24,000 nt of DNA, from sequence record FJ822135.1, one strand, 5' to 3'. This DNA is from Lactobacillus phage Lb338-1. Below are positions 1 through 9,134 of this stretch, one piece after another. The translations under genes were made by a program, and so were the position numbers. A model generated the notes under the pieces. That model made no database searches. It was not told the origin of the DNA and saw only the letters and a list, made by a program, of their open reading frames with translations. The first letter of the stretch is position 1. Each line of letters begins with the position of its first letter.

Positions 1-8
1 TTTTACGC

Positions 9-482
9 TTATAGTAAACCCTCCAGTCTAGCAACTCTATTACTAAGCTTCTTAACTTGTTCCTCAAGTGTCTTTACTTGTAGGTCTTTACTATGCTTCT
101 GCTGTTGAGGCTTGCTAGGATTCAAAAGATGCTTGCCATATAACAGATTGTTAATAGCAACAATAATATCTATGCATGCCCTACCAATATCTTCATCATC
201 ATACAGGTGGTGGGTATCTGCGAAAACATGATATACTTTTCCGTCTTTATAAATCTCTACCTTTTCGCAAAATCCGCGAATTACTGACAGATCAAAGCAA
301 ACAACATAACGTATTTCATAAGTGTTTCTCAAAGTATGCAGAAGAATTGTGCTTACCTGATAGGGAAAGTCACCCTTAGCAGAAGACTCTTTTTCTTCAT
401 AGGTTCCAGGATAGTTATCATGCAAGTAATTAAGTGCACTTATATAAATCTCTTTAACCCCGCTCATGTGAAGTAGCCCCAT
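9..482 (-). CDS. hypothetical protein (157 aa)
   Basis: Long minus-strand ORF collinear with its neighbours; no family recognised. Confidence 0.75.
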   Translation of the reverse strand: MGLLHMSGVKEIYISALNYLHDNYPGTYEEKESSAKGDFPYQVSTILLHTLRNTYEIRYVVCFDLSVIRGFCEKVEIYKDGKVYHVFADTHHLYDDEDIGRACIDIIVAINNLLYGKHLLNPSKPQQQKHSKDLQVKTLEEQVKKLSNRVARLEGLL

Positions 483-1254
483 TTGCTAACCCCTTAACCC
501 AATCTGGGGCACCTGTTAAATCAGAAACTATAAATTGCTGTTGAATTCCCACTGCCTTACGTGAAGCAAACCAATAACCATTCTTCCTGCTAAGGTACTG
601 TTGCTGACCATCGGAAGTGACAAAACCGTCTAGCTTTACCCAGTATTTCTTTTCTTTTTTAATGATATAGTTACCTGTCATAACTGCAATAGCAAGTTCT
701 TGCTGATGGTCGGCGATATATATCTCTTGCTCTGTGTTTACACGAGGGTCTTCACCATACTGACCATTACCACCAAGAACTTTATCATTACAGCTAAAAC
801 CGTACCCTTGTTGTAAAATCTTGCTTACCACTACAGCTTTTTTAACCTTTTCGCCTAAGCCATTAAAGGATCTTACCCACTTATCAAACCATTCTGGCAC
901 TACAATATCATGAGATTCTGATAGGGTAGCAACACTACCTCCTAGATTATCAGCAGTTGCTTGCGCTACTTCTTTATCATCATATAGTTCAGACCATGGT
1001 CCAAGGAAATCATTCCAAGACCGTGACCCATCACCGTCTAAATACATGTCGTCTTTCTTAATTGCATATAACTTGCTTTCACTCATACTTCTACCTCCTG
1101 ATTGGCTCGGCGAGTAATTTATTCCCATAATGTTTTCAACAAGATTCAATATATTTATCTTTTGCGAAAATTCTGAGAACACTTTTTCTGCTTCCTGCTC
1201 TGACATATTATATTTTGCCATGTTTAAGTCTCCCTTGCATACTAAGATTAGCAC
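454..1254 (-). CDS. hypothetical protein; resembles the DUF1642-like protein at 8477-9067 (KEKKYWVKL and P..(x)WV(x)SF-like segments)
   Basis: 266-aa ORF with a consensus promoter upstream at 1245-1273. Confidence 0.7.
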   Translation of the reverse strand: MLILVCKGDLNMAKYNMSEQEAEKVFSEFSQKINILNLVENIMGINYSPSQSGGRSMSESKLYAIKKDDMYLDGDGSRSWNDFLGPWSELYDDKEVAQATADNLGGSVATLSESHDIVVPEWFDKWVRSFNGLGEKVKKAVVVSKILQQGYGFSCNDKVLGGNGQYGEDPRVNTEQEIYIADHQQELAIAVMTGNYIIKKEKKYWVKLDGFVTSDGQQQYLSRKNGYWFASRKAVGIQQQFIVSDLTGAPDWVKGLANGATSHERG

Positions 1255-1273
1255 ATTACTTCCTGTATGTCAA
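1245..1273 (-). promoter_or_regulatory. sigma70-type promoter: TTGACA - 17 nt - TAATCT
   Basis: Direct motif match (-35 at 1268-1273, -10 at 1245-1250), upstream of ORF 454-1254. Confidence 0.75.
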
Positions 1274-1286
1274 GTACATGCCAACT

Positions 1287-1799
1287 TTAAACATCATCAT
1301 GTTCATCATAAATTTCAACTTCATCATATCCAGAATCAACCAATGTTTCTGTTTCCGGTCCAATATCGCTAAGATAGTCCACATTAGTTTTAACTACCGT
1401 TACTGTAATATTGTCTTTATCAATTTCGTTAGGCTTAAGGGAGGCTAAATAATCATCCATTTTCTTCTTGTCTGGTGTAACAAAAAGAATATTAGTTCCT
1501 GTTTCCCCACCATACCAACCATCTGAACTATCCCAGAAATAGGTCGCTAGGTAGATAACTGTGCTTTGCTCACTAGGGTCATGCTTGTCACTTTTCGTTT
1601 CAACCTTATGCATATATAGGAGTACTTCCCTAACATTGTCATGACTTTGCTTCATAAAATCTGCTAGTTCGGGTTTATCATATTCTTCTGCTTGCTTAAT
1701 TGCACTTTCAAAGTCAAACACTCCATCATTACCTAAGGTGAATTTAGTGTCGTCAACAAGCATCATATTAAGCAGTTGCAATTCAACTTCTGTATTCAT
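1287..1799 (-). CDS. hypothetical protein, paralogue of 1815-2276
   Basis: 170-aa ORF; shared motif YLAxxxWxxSDGWxxGExGxNILxxT. Confidence 0.75.
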   Translation of the reverse strand: MNTEVELQLLNMMLVDDTKFTLGNDGVFDFESAIKQAEEYDKPELADFMKQSHDNVREVLLYMHKVETKSDKHDPSEQSTVIYLATYFWDSSDGWYGGETGTNILFVTPDKKKMDDYLASLKPNEIDKDNITVTVVKTNVDYLSDIGPETETLVDSGYDEVEIYDEHDDV

Positions 1800-1814
1800 A
1801 GTTACCTCTCTACT

Positions 1815-2276
1815 CTAAATGCCAAACGGATCATCAGACACCAACCCTTGATCAAACCAGGAGGCCACCTGTGTCTTAGTTCCCTTATCTACCTTGTCAA
1901 TGTAGTCTGTGTCCAAGTCAATTGTCACTAAATCACATTCAACTTTATTGCGCCAATCCTTGTTTAAATCAGCTACGTATGCATTCATATTATCCTTACT
2001 CAGGGTAGCATATAAGATATTAGCACCTCCTTCACCTGACTCCCAGCCGTCACTATCTGACCACTGCTGAACAGCAAGGTAAAGTTTTGTTTTCCGTTTA
2101 GGTGCCCTTTTTTGCTCTTTTACAGCATCTTCATTATAGCGGTTTGCAAGTTTCTCTAAGGTACTTTTAGGGAGATTGTCTAGCATATCATCCAACTCTT
2201 TATCAGTTACCCATGTAGTAGTGTCCAACATACTATCTGGAATAAATACTTCTTTACCTTCTTTAAATATACCCAT
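1815..2276 (-). CDS. hypothetical protein, paralogue of 1287-1799
   Basis: 153-aa ORF; shared motif; consensus promoter upstream. Confidence 0.75.
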   Translation of the reverse strand: MGIFKEGKEVFIPDSMLDTTTWVTDKELDDMLDNLPKSTLEKLANRYNEDAVKEQKRAPKRKTKLYLAVQQWSDSDGWESGEGGANILYATLSKDNMNAYVADLNKDWRNKVECDLVTIDLDTDYIDKVDKGTKTQVASWFDQGLVSDDPFGI

Positions 2277-2308
2277 TACACTTTGCTACCTTCTTTCTTT
2301 ATACTTTA

Positions 2309-2337
2309 ATAGTAGCGCATAAGAATTTATATGTCAA
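2309..2337 (-). promoter_or_regulatory. sigma70-type promoter: TTGACA - 17 nt - TACTAT
   Basis: Motif match (-35 at 2332-2337, -10 at 2309-2314). Confidence 0.75.
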
Positions 2338-2340
2338 GCA

Positions 2341-2550
2341 CTAAAGCCAATCATCAATACTCTTGTTGTTTTTATCCAGCCATTCATAAAAAGACAAGGG
2401 GGTCTGGTCATCGTCCAGCCCATAAAGATAGTCCTCGTAGTCATATACTGCTCCAACAGCACTGTAACCAATCCAGTTATCCACCCCTGCTTGTTCCAAT
2501 ACGCTTAATTTTAAACTATCATGCTCGTTATCAGTTAACTTATGTGACAT
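2341..2550 (-). CDS. small acidic hypothetical protein (69 aa)
   Basis: ORF, same strand and spacing as neighbours. Confidence 0.6.
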   Translation of the reverse strand: MSHKLTDNEHDSLKLSVLEQAGVDNWIGYSAVGAVYDYEDYLYGLDDDQTPLSFYEWLDKNNKSIDDWL

Positions 2551-2593
2551 TACTTTTTAATCCTTTCTACCACAGCTGGCATATTGTTATTAT

Positions 2594-3121
2594 TTAATCC
2601 CACCATTTATCATAGTTTTTAACATATGAGGCAGATGCCTTAGCAATACTATTAGCATCTAGTGCTTGCACAAATTCTTCCATGGTATCACATATTTCTT
2701 TAGTTTCTGAATCAATAACATTTCCCTCATAATAATGTTTTGCTTCTAGATACTTGATAAAATATTTAAGTCCCTTTAAGTATTCTGGGTTGTATTTTTC
2801 CATGTGTTTAAATAAATTGTAAATATGAGGCAGTAAGCTCTTTTTATTCCTATAGTAAACTTCATTTTCAACTATTAATCCAAGATAATCCAAGCGCTCA
2901 TTAAGATACCTATGTTCCTTTTTAAAGTGACATCTAGAATAATTCAAAAGATAACGATTAATGTAAGCATAGTCATACCACCTATACTTTTTAATTTCTC
3001 GGTGTAACTTTTTCCCTTCTATGCCTTTAGCTAGTCCTAAATGCAACTTAAATTTTTTATAGTTATCTTTCATATCTTGCTTACTATAGGGTATCTCAAA
3101 GTCTCTGTTTTGATTTTCCAT
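2594..3121 (-). CDS. hypothetical protein (175 aa)
   Basis: ORF. Confidence 0.7.
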   Translation of the reverse strand: MENQNRDFEIPYSKQDMKDNYKKFKLHLGLAKGIEGKKLHREIKKYRWYDYAYINRYLLNYSRCHFKKEHRYLNERLDYLGLIVENEVYYRNKKSLLPHIYNLFKHMEKYNPEYLKGLKYFIKYLEAKHYYEGNVIDSETKEICDTMEEFVQALDANSIAKASASYVKNYDKWWD

Positions 3122-3127
3122 TGTTAA

Positions 3128-3568
3128 TTACTTTTCTTTCCAATATCTAACAGCTTCTTTAGGCGTATATTTGTTCCCGTCATACACAATCATTGTACCC
3201 AAGCTAGCTGTATGAGGAATAATTACGTATTCAAACCCTTTATTTTTACCATCCAGAATCCCTAAAAGCACCTTTTCATCATCGGCAGTTAAGGAAGGAT
3301 TTAAAACGCTAAGAATAGTATCTTTGTTGTCATTAAGCCATTCATTAGCGCCATTAAAATAGGATATTGATACAGCAAGCATGATAGTGCCAATGCGTGT
3401 GAAAATCATATCAATACTATGTTCTGATACAGTTATTCCGTTACTTTGTTTAGCCGTTCTAACCTCATCATTAGCCACATCGTAAAAGTAAGTGGCTGGA
3501 TCCCCACCATAGCGCTTTTCAGCCTTTTCATAGCCTTTTTTAAAAAGATACTGTTTTAGTTTATACAT
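3128..3568 (-). CDS. hypothetical protein (146 aa)
   Basis: ORF. Confidence 0.7.
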   Translation of the reverse strand: MYKLKQYLFKKGYEKAEKRYGGDPATYFYDVANDEVRTAKQSNGITVSEHSIDMIFTRIGTIMLAVSISYFNGANEWLNDNKDTILSVLNPSLTADDEKVLLGILDGKNKGFEYVIIPHTASLGTMIVYDGNKYTPKEAVRYWKEK

Positions 3569-3761
3569 GATTTCCCTCCATTAAAGAGATTGCCTTTTCA
3601 TAGTAGCTTTCACTTACATTTTTACTTCCATACAGCATTGCATTCCATTCTGAAGTTGTCAAGCCTAGCTGTTCCATGATCTGTTTGTCTGTTAGCTTTG
3701 AAAAGGCAAAGCCCCAACACATCTGTGCTCTATGCCTTTTACTAAATGGAATATTTTCCAT
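3561..3761 (-). CDS. small protein with a putative helix-turn-helix (LTDKQIMEQLGLTTSEWNAMLYGSK)
   Basis: 66-aa ORF with HTH-like pattern; overlaps neighbour start by a few nt, as expected for coupled phage genes. Confidence 0.6.
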   Translation of the reverse strand: MENIPFSKRHRAQMCWGFAFSKLTDKQIMEQLGLTTSEWNAMLYGSKNVSESYYEKAISLMEGNHV

Positions 3762-3826
3762 TTCCTTTGCTTCTAGCTGTTTAATTTTATCCGTAATTTC
3801 CGTTTCTTGTATCCCCTTAACACTAG

Positions 3827-4405
3827 CTATTTACAGCTTGTTTCAGCTTGTTTCAGCTTTTCTACTGCACCTGAATACATATTAGTAGGAATCTCTACAT
3901 AACAAGACTCCATCATACTGTAAAACCTTGAAGGAATACCACATATTTCGGCTGCTTTGACTTGTGTCAACTGATGACTAACGCGTAACAGAACTAATCG
4001 CTTTGCAAATTCAAACCTATCAGATGACATAATCTCTTCAGCCGATAACCCGTTTTCTGCTTCTGGCTGTACTAAAACTGGTACTAAGCTAGAATCGACA
4101 GTAGTTAAGCTATAGGTTTCTACCGAGCTATCTACGTCATGTATTAAGTTCAGTACTTTAGAGAAAGAGTATTCCTTATTTAGTTCAAACTTCTGTATCT
4201 CAATAGTGGCATCTTCCGGTGTTGAATAATCAGTACTCTCCTTGCCTAAGTATAAGAGTGCCTTATGGTTCCCCTCTGCCAAGTTGTAAACTGCTACCTC
4301 TGCCTTAAACAGGCTATCAAAAATACCAATAGTAAGTTCAAGATAATCTGAATATTCACCTACCCAAGCAATAACTCGGTATACTTCATTTTTCACTATG
4401 CTCAA
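3827..4405 (-). CDS. protein with C-terminal XRE-like HTH segment (LTQVKAAEICGIPSRFYSMMES)
   Basis: 192-aa ORF; HTH pattern by eye. Confidence 0.6.
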   Translation of the reverse strand: MSIVKNEVYRVIAWVGEYSDYLELTIGIFDSLFKAEVAVYNLAEGNHKALLYLGKESTDYSTPEDATIEIQKFELNKEYSFSKVLNLIHDVDSSVETYSLTTVDSSLVPVLVQPEAENGLSAEEIMSSDRFEFAKRLVLLRVSHQLTQVKAAEICGIPSRFYSMMESCYVEIPTNMYSGAVEKLKQAETSCK

Positions 4406-4577
4406 TCTCCCTATCCAGTTGCTTTAACCTGTTCTTAATAGCTCTGCGAAGACTTGTTTTAAAGGCTGTAATCCTTCTTGAACGCCCTTTAAAGGGTGCC
4501 GTTAAATCAATATTATGATTAAACCCTATGCTCTCTATCTTTTGCTTCTTTTTATTAGTCCGATCCCTTTTTCTCAT
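4386..4577 (-). CDS. small, highly basic protein (63 aa)
   Basis: ORF, K/R rich, overlaps next gene. Confidence 0.5.
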   Translation of the reverse strand: MRKRDRTNKKKQKIESIGFNHNIDLTAPFKGRSRRITAFKTSLRRAIKNRLKQLDREIEHSEK

Positions 4578-4622
4578 CCAATTAGCTCCCTATCTTTTAT
4601 AAGACTTTTTATTTTCTTATCT

Positions 4623-4805
4623 TTATCCTTGCTCACTTGATTCCTCCAAGTAATCTAAGTTTCCATCAATCCTGTAAAGCTTATTAGCAACAACCCATTT
4701 AACTTCTGGAAAAAAGTCTCCAAATGGTTGATCAGGTGCTTGCTGCTTCCACTTTAGTAACGCCATCATTAATACATCTGATCCAGTTCTAACTTGCATA
4801 TTCAT
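4623..4805 (-). CDS. hypothetical protein (60 aa)
   Basis: ORF with Shine-Dalgarno-like AGGAGG upstream. Confidence 0.6.
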   Translation of the reverse strand: MNMQVRTGSDVLMMALLKWKQQAPDQPFGDFFPEVKWVVANKLYRIDGNLDYLEESSEQG

Positions 4806-4815
4806 AAAATTCCTC

Positions 4816-4992
4816 CTAAGCGAAGAGCAAAAAAGCTACAAAAAGTGTCCATCCAAATAGACTACCGGATCCCATTATTGTAGCACATATAAAAGCAGTT
4901 GAAAGTGCCAATGCTTTTGAAATATTCTTAATAGCATAGTATGTCAATTCACTATGATCATTGTTATCTTGATTATCTTTATCGTTTAACAT
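4816..4992 (-). CDS. small predicted membrane protein (58 aa, MLNDKDNQDNNDHSELTYYAIKNISKALALSTAFICATIMGSGSLFGWTLFVAFLLFA)
   Basis: Hand-translated; below the ORF-track length cutoff; GAAAGGAG ribosome-binding site upstream; hydrophobic C-terminal half. Confidence 0.6.
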   Translation of the reverse strand: MLNDKDNQDNNDHSELTYYAIKNISKALALSTAFICATIMGSGSLFGWTLFVAFLLFA

Positions 4993-5056
4993 TTTATGGT
5001 CTCCTTTCCTAAACAGGTAACATTAAAAAAATAAACTAGCCAACTTAACTATGACT

Positions 5057-5085
5057 AGTTTAGCACTCCTAAATCATTTTGTCAA
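5057..5085 (-). promoter_or_regulatory. sigma70-type promoter: TTGACA - 17 nt - TAAACT
   Basis: Motif match (-35 at 5080-5085, -10 at 5057-5062). Confidence 0.65.
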
Positions 5086-5089
5086 CAAT

Positions 5090-5500
5090 CTAAAAATGAG
5101 ACAAATTCCTACCACACCAAGGACAGTAGGCTATTTCAACTTCCTCTGTTTCACTATTTCCAACAAACTTGTCACTATTAAACTTAAGCTTATTACCCTC
5201 TACTGCCATCCACTTAATATTATCATCAATAATTGGTCGTCCCTTAAGACAATGTGGACAGCCAATAGGAGTTGTTCCTAAAACAACATATCCATCAACC
5301 TGAGCATAATTAGTGATGAAGGTAACCCTCACCTTTATTCTACGCCCTGTATACTTTTTACCGTCAAACTCTCTAAGAGATAGTATTGATCCAACCTTGT
5401 AATCCCGGTCATTTTTACGAATTTCAAAATTCTTTTTCCCTTCAATCTGCGCTTGAAAGTATATAGGATCTATTTTCAAAACAATAGTATTACTTTTCAA
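5090..5500 (-). CDS. ASCH/DUF3850-like protein with zinc-ribbon cysteines (CPHC...CPWCG)
   Basis: FEIRKNDRDYKVGSILSLREFD is characteristic of DUF3850; two CxxC motifs follow. Confidence 0.7.
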   Translation of the reverse strand: MKSNTIVLKIDPIYFQAQIEGKKNFEIRKNDRDYKVGSILSLREFDGKKYTGRRIKVRVTFITNYAQVDGYVVLGTTPIGCPHCLKGRPIIDDNIKWMAVEGNKLKFNSDKFVGNSETEEVEIAYCPWCGRNLSHF

Positions 5501-5729
5501 TTTTCTTAGTCAGCTTTCTTCCACACCAAGGGCAGAACTTTACTCTTGTGAATGTCTCTTCACATCCCCATCCCTCATTATCTTCCGCTACTGCCACGGC
5601 AAACCATCTTCCATCCTCATGCTGTTCAAGAGTTGTTCCCTCTACGATGCCAGTAGAGAAACCCTTACCAGTACGATACATTAAAAAGGGTGCATGACAA
5701 TGGGGACATTCTTTCTGTTCTTGGTTCAT
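5490..5729 (-). CDS. small zinc-ribbon protein (Lar-like)
   Basis: CPHCHAPF...CPWCGRKL motif pair. Confidence 0.6.
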   Translation of the reverse strand: MNQEQKECPHCHAPFLMYRTGKGFSTGIVEGTTLEQHEDGRWFAVAVAEDNEGWGCEETFTRVKFCPWCGRKLTKKIEK

Positions 5730-5742
5730 TTTTCTCTATCCA

Positions 5743-6222
5743 TTATTCAAATAGCCACTCTAAATCCTTATCAGCACTATCCAATACAAACTTCCTAAAT
5801 CTAGCATAGTTTGGGTAACCATACATTTCATTAATACTAGGAACGCCCTTAAGAAGCTGTGCTAAATTTTTAATGTCAGTCTTAGAATATTTGCCCTCAT
5901 TATCTTCATGCAAAAAGAAATGTTTAAAATACTCTGGTGCATCAGCATCAATTAAGCCTTGCCAAAAAACGTCCTCTGAACTTTCGGGTAGTTCCTGATG
6001 ATACTTAATTGCAAAAGCATTTCCCATATTAAGTCTAAGATTATGAAAGCCACTATAAGGTATGCTAAATGACAACACCACTTTAGGGTAATCAATAGAG
6101 TCCCATGCAATAATATCATCAGGACCTGCTTCATCAATTAGTTTATCTTCGGCTTGTTCCGCAGCATTTGCTTGCTTCTGATATTCTTTAATATTTTTAA
6201 CGGCAATAATGTCTAATCCCAT
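5743..6222 (-). CDS. hypothetical protein (159 aa)
   Basis: ORF with GGAG-type RBS. Confidence 0.7.
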   Translation of the reverse strand: MGLDIIAVKNIKEYQKQANAAEQAEDKLIDEAGPDDIIAWDSIDYPKVVLSFSIPYSGFHNLRLNMGNAFAIKYHQELPESSEDVFWQGLIDADAPEYFKHFFLHEDNEGKYSKTDIKNLAQLLKGVPSINEMYGYPNYARFRKFVLDSADKDLEWLFE

Positions 6223-6234
6223 CCATATTCTCCT

Positions 6235-6468
6235 TTAGGCATACCAACGAGTAAAGTCAATATTATTTGTTTCTAGTGCTAAGCTGGCAATGCATTTCGC
6301 CTGTTCTATTGTCATGTCTGACTTGGCAATGCGCTGCAAGACAAAATCATACAAGTCATCTTCATCAGCATGTGCTGCCTCATAGTCTCCCTTTGCTGCT
6401 TTTTCCTGTACACCTGACAGACTTACATTAATAGTATTAGTTAAAGCTTCAAAATTTGCATCACTCAT
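6235..6468 (-). CDS. hypothetical protein (77 aa)
   Basis: ORF. Confidence 0.65.
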   Translation of the reverse strand: MSDANFEALTNTINVSLSGVQEKAAKGDYEAAHADEDDLYDFVLQRIAKSDMTIEQAKCIASLALETNNIDFTRWYA

Positions 6469-6860
6469 TTCTCCGCCTCCAATTTCACGATTTCGCCTGT
6501 TTCCTCAACGCGCCAGACACCTAGCACCCATGCACGGGCGAAGGTGTAAAAGCAATCTTTGGCATCGCTGAACCAATCTTGCACGCTTTCCCATTTAGTA
6601 CCATCTAGGCTCGCTGATGTACCTTCATCAAGCGCCTGAAACAGGTCTCCATGGTCATGCTTCCACATTTTTAGGTATTTACCAATCAATTCTGGTATCA
6701 CCGGCAGGTCATCTGGCAATGCCTTGTCATAATCCTCTAGATAATTTGGCTCATCGTCACGGAAGTATGGGCTTCCGGTTTCATAGGTATATGCATCAGA
6801 AACCTCGGCGTAGCATTCTGCCAATTCCTCTAACACATCTCGCTTAGTTCTTAGCGTCAT
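6465..6860 (-). CDS. member of a tandem paralogue family (TKRDV...AALPDDLPVIPE)
   Basis: 131-aa ORF; shared N-terminus and central motif with next genes. Confidence 0.75.
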   Translation of the reverse strand: MTLRTKRDVLEELAECYAEVSDAYTYETGSPYFRDDEPNYLEDYDKALPDDLPVIPELIGKYLKMWKHDHGDLFQALDEGTSASLDGTKWESVQDWFSDAKDCFYTFARAWVLGVWRVEETGEIVKLEAEK

Positions 6861-7239
6861 ACCGTACTACCTCCTCTGTTTCTTTAACTTTCCAAACCTC
6901 TAGTACCCAAGCACGAGCAAATTCGTTTTCATGGTTAGCTACCCAGTTTAAACTAGGATTACTTGATTGCTGACGCATAACACCCAGCTCATGGACAGGT
7001 CCAAGCACGTTTGATAGGGGTCTATAGTACTGCTTTTGTGCCACAAGTAAATCTGACACACTTTCTGGAATTACTGGTAGGTTATCTGGCAAAGCAGCAG
7101 CATAACGTTTAAGTGCATTGTTTAGGTAGTGGTCAATTGAATCTGGTGATGCGTACATACCATGCCGATGTTCATTTTTGAAGTTACGGAATTTGTAGCG
7201 AACTTCATCGAACACGTCCCGCTTCGTCTCAATCGTCAT
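6844..7239 (-). CDS. member of the tandem paralogue family
   Basis: TKRDVFDEV...RYAAALPDNLPVIPE...EFARAWVLEVWKVKETEEVV. Confidence 0.75.
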   Translation of the reverse strand: MTIETKRDVFDEVRYKFRNFKNEHRHGMYASPDSIDHYLNNALKRYAAALPDNLPVIPESVSDLLVAQKQYYRPLSNVLGPVHELGVMRQQSSNPSLNWVANHENEFARAWVLEVWKVKETEEVVRYDAKN

Positions 7240-7591
7240 AACCAGTTACCTCCCCAGTCTCCTTAACTATCCATAGTCCACGACTCCATGCTTCTGCAAA
7301 AATATCTTCGTTGTTAGTTATCCACTCATTTACTTCACTACTATCAAAGCTATCTTGAAAAGCCCAAGCAAGCTCGTCAAACAGAGTAGTTTTACCATAA
7401 TCTTTCCTAATATGTTCAGATGTTGCTAATGGTATTGTGGGCAGATCATCTGGCAAAGCGGCGTCATACCTGTTCAAGTAATATCGAACTGTTGAGCTGT
7501 CCCAAATCGTGTCTGTATCTTTTACCAATAAAATCGCTTCTACAACATCCCGCTTCGTCTCTGTCATAATTTCCTCCCACAAATTGGGCAA
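7229..7591 (-). CDS. member of the tandem paralogue family
   Basis: TKRDVVEAI...RYDAALPDDLPTIPL...IFAEAWSRGLWIVKETGEV. Confidence 0.75.
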   Translation of the reverse strand: MPNLWEEIMTETKRDVVEAILLVKDTDTIWDSSTVRYYLNRYDAALPDDLPTIPLATSEHIRKDYGKTTLFDELAWAFQDSFDSSEVNEWITNNEDIFAEAWSRGLWIVKETGEVTGYDD

Positions 7592-7953
7592 TAGTTGATT
7601 TCCTTATCCAAAACAACTGACACTTCCCTGAACCGATTCATTTGCGTTACGCACAGCTTCGGGTGCTGGTTTTCTGGAGACTTGATTCGTGCCTTTACCC
7701 GTCTGTACAATTTGTGCTTGCGGATAAAATCAAAATACTCTGTCTTGTCCGCCATTGCTTTTCCATAGTGTGCATGCTTTGATTGTGGGTCGGTTTCATG
7801 ACAATATGGGCAGTTTTTCTGCTTTTCGGTTTCGTCTTGTAGGGCGACCTCATAACGGTAGTTTTCGTCATGTATTTCGGTGTCTTTCTCACTTAGTTTC
7901 TGATATTCATTGAGTAGCTGTCCGAACACGTTCTGCTTCGTCTCATTGCTCAT
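7564..7953 (-). CDS. zinc-ribbon protein; N-terminus resembles the paralogue family (ETKQNVFGQLL)
   Basis: CPYC...CPICGRKL. Confidence 0.65.
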   Translation of the reverse strand: MSNETKQNVFGQLLNEYQKLSEKDTEIHDENYRYEVALQDETEKQKNCPYCHETDPQSKHAHYGKAMADKTEYFDFIRKHKLYRRVKARIKSPENQHPKLCVTQMNRFREVSVVLDKEINYCPICGRKL

Positions 7954-8107
7954 CGTCAGTCACCTCCATAATCGTCATTGCTGGTATCGTCCACCAATCG
8001 GACTGGTCATATGCTGCGTCCATAAAGTTGTCGGCTTCATCATAGGTGTCGAATGTCGCGATGACCTCGTGTGAAAACATATCTTGGCATGCATACTCAA
8101 TTGTCAT
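7943..8107 (-). CDS. small acidic protein (54 aa, MTIEYACQDMFSHEVIATFDTYDEADNFMDAAYDQSDWWTIPAMTIMEVTDDEQ)
   Basis: Hand-translated; fills the gap between two genes and overlaps the next start by a few nt; below ORF-track cutoff. Confidence 0.6.
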   Translation of the reverse strand: MTIEYACQDMFSHEVIATFDTYDEADNFMDAAYDQSDWWTIPAMTIMEVTDDEQ

Positions 8108-8484
8108 TTATTTTCCTCCAATAATTCTGGGTTAGTGTGCACATTGCCTAAAACCTCTAAAGTGTCTCGTTCATATCCAAGTCGATTGAAGGGGTATTTG
8201 TCCAATCCGTTATCAACCATATAACAGCCTTGTTCTTGTTCAAAAATCACTTTTCCAGTTCTTCTATAACCGTCTCCCGTAACAACATGAACAATATCCC
8301 CCTCATAAATTTGTTTACCATTCGCGTCTGTCAGGCCGGTAAACTGTTCAAAATCAACTAAATCGTTCAATTGTTCCAAACTAAAGGTTGATTCTTTAGA
8401 ATGAATCATTTGTTGAATCGTCATAGGCTCAACATAGTCGTCAGTTTCGTTTCCTGTTTCTATCCATGATCTGAACTTAATCAT
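8104..8484 (-). CDS. YopX-family protein
   Basis: FTGLTDANGKQIYEGDIVHV motif and IKFRxW N-terminus. Confidence 0.8.
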   Translation of the reverse strand: MIKFRSWIETGNETDDYVEPMTIQQMIHSKESTFSLEQLNDLVDFEQFTGLTDANGKQIYEGDIVHVVTGDGYRRTGKVIFEQEQGCYMVDNGLDKYPFNRLGYERDTLEVLGNVHTNPELLEENK

Positions 8485-9067
8485 CGTCAGTCACATCTTC
8501 TTTCTCGCAGTCCTGCAATCCAAATTTCTCAATATCATCATTAGTGAGTTCAATTCCATCTGGGTATCCACCAAATTCTTTGGATAATCCTTCTACAATT
8601 ATGGTATCAAGTTTTCCATCATGAGTTTTTAGATACCACTTATAATCTGCATGTGGCACCTTGACGTTGTATTTCTTTTCCTTTTCCACAGTGTATCCAT
8701 ATTGGTAGGCATTAACAAGCATAAGCCCTCGTTCTTCACGGTGTTCTGCTTCATTGTCATCATCAAATAGCCAATCACTTACCTCATCTGGCATTAGATA
8801 CTCAGTAAAAATGTCAGTAATATCTCGTCCACTGCTTTTAACACTACCAACCCACTCAGCGGCTTTCTTAGGTAGCTTTACTTTTTTAGGCTCCTCAATC
8901 AAAGCGACAACGTGGCCGTCATGCTCATTAGCCACTTGTTCAGCCTGTTCCTTACTTGGCGTTATAGGGCATTCTGAGATGGCTAATGTCCAGAAACCGA
9001 AACCATCTGAAAAGTCCCAAAATTCACCACTGCGGTTCTTTACCATGTACATTTTTTCTTCGCTCAT
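8477..9067 (-). CDS. DUF1642-like phage protein
   Basis: C-terminal VEKEKKYNVKVP...YLKTHDGKL pattern. Confidence 0.5.
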   Translation of the reverse strand: MSEEKMYMVKNRSGEFWDFSDGFGFWTLAISECPITPSKEQAEQVANEHDGHVVALIEEPKKVKLPKKAAEWVGSVKSSGRDITDIFTEYLMPDEVSDWLFDDDNEAEHREERGLMLVNAYQYGYTVEKEKKYNVKVPHADYKWYLKTHDGKLDTIIVEGLSKEFGGYPDGIELTNDDIEKFGLQDCEKEDVTDDD

Positions 9068-9105
9068 TTTTCGTCCTCTACTTTCTTGTCTTTAATTACA
9101 AGTTA

Positions 9106-9134
9106 AGCATATGTCAAATTTAGCTAAATGTCAA
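9106..9134 (-). promoter_or_regulatory. sigma70-type promoter: TTGACA - 17 nt - TATGCT
   Basis: Motif match (-35 at 9129-9134, -10 at 9106-9111). Confidence 0.8.
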
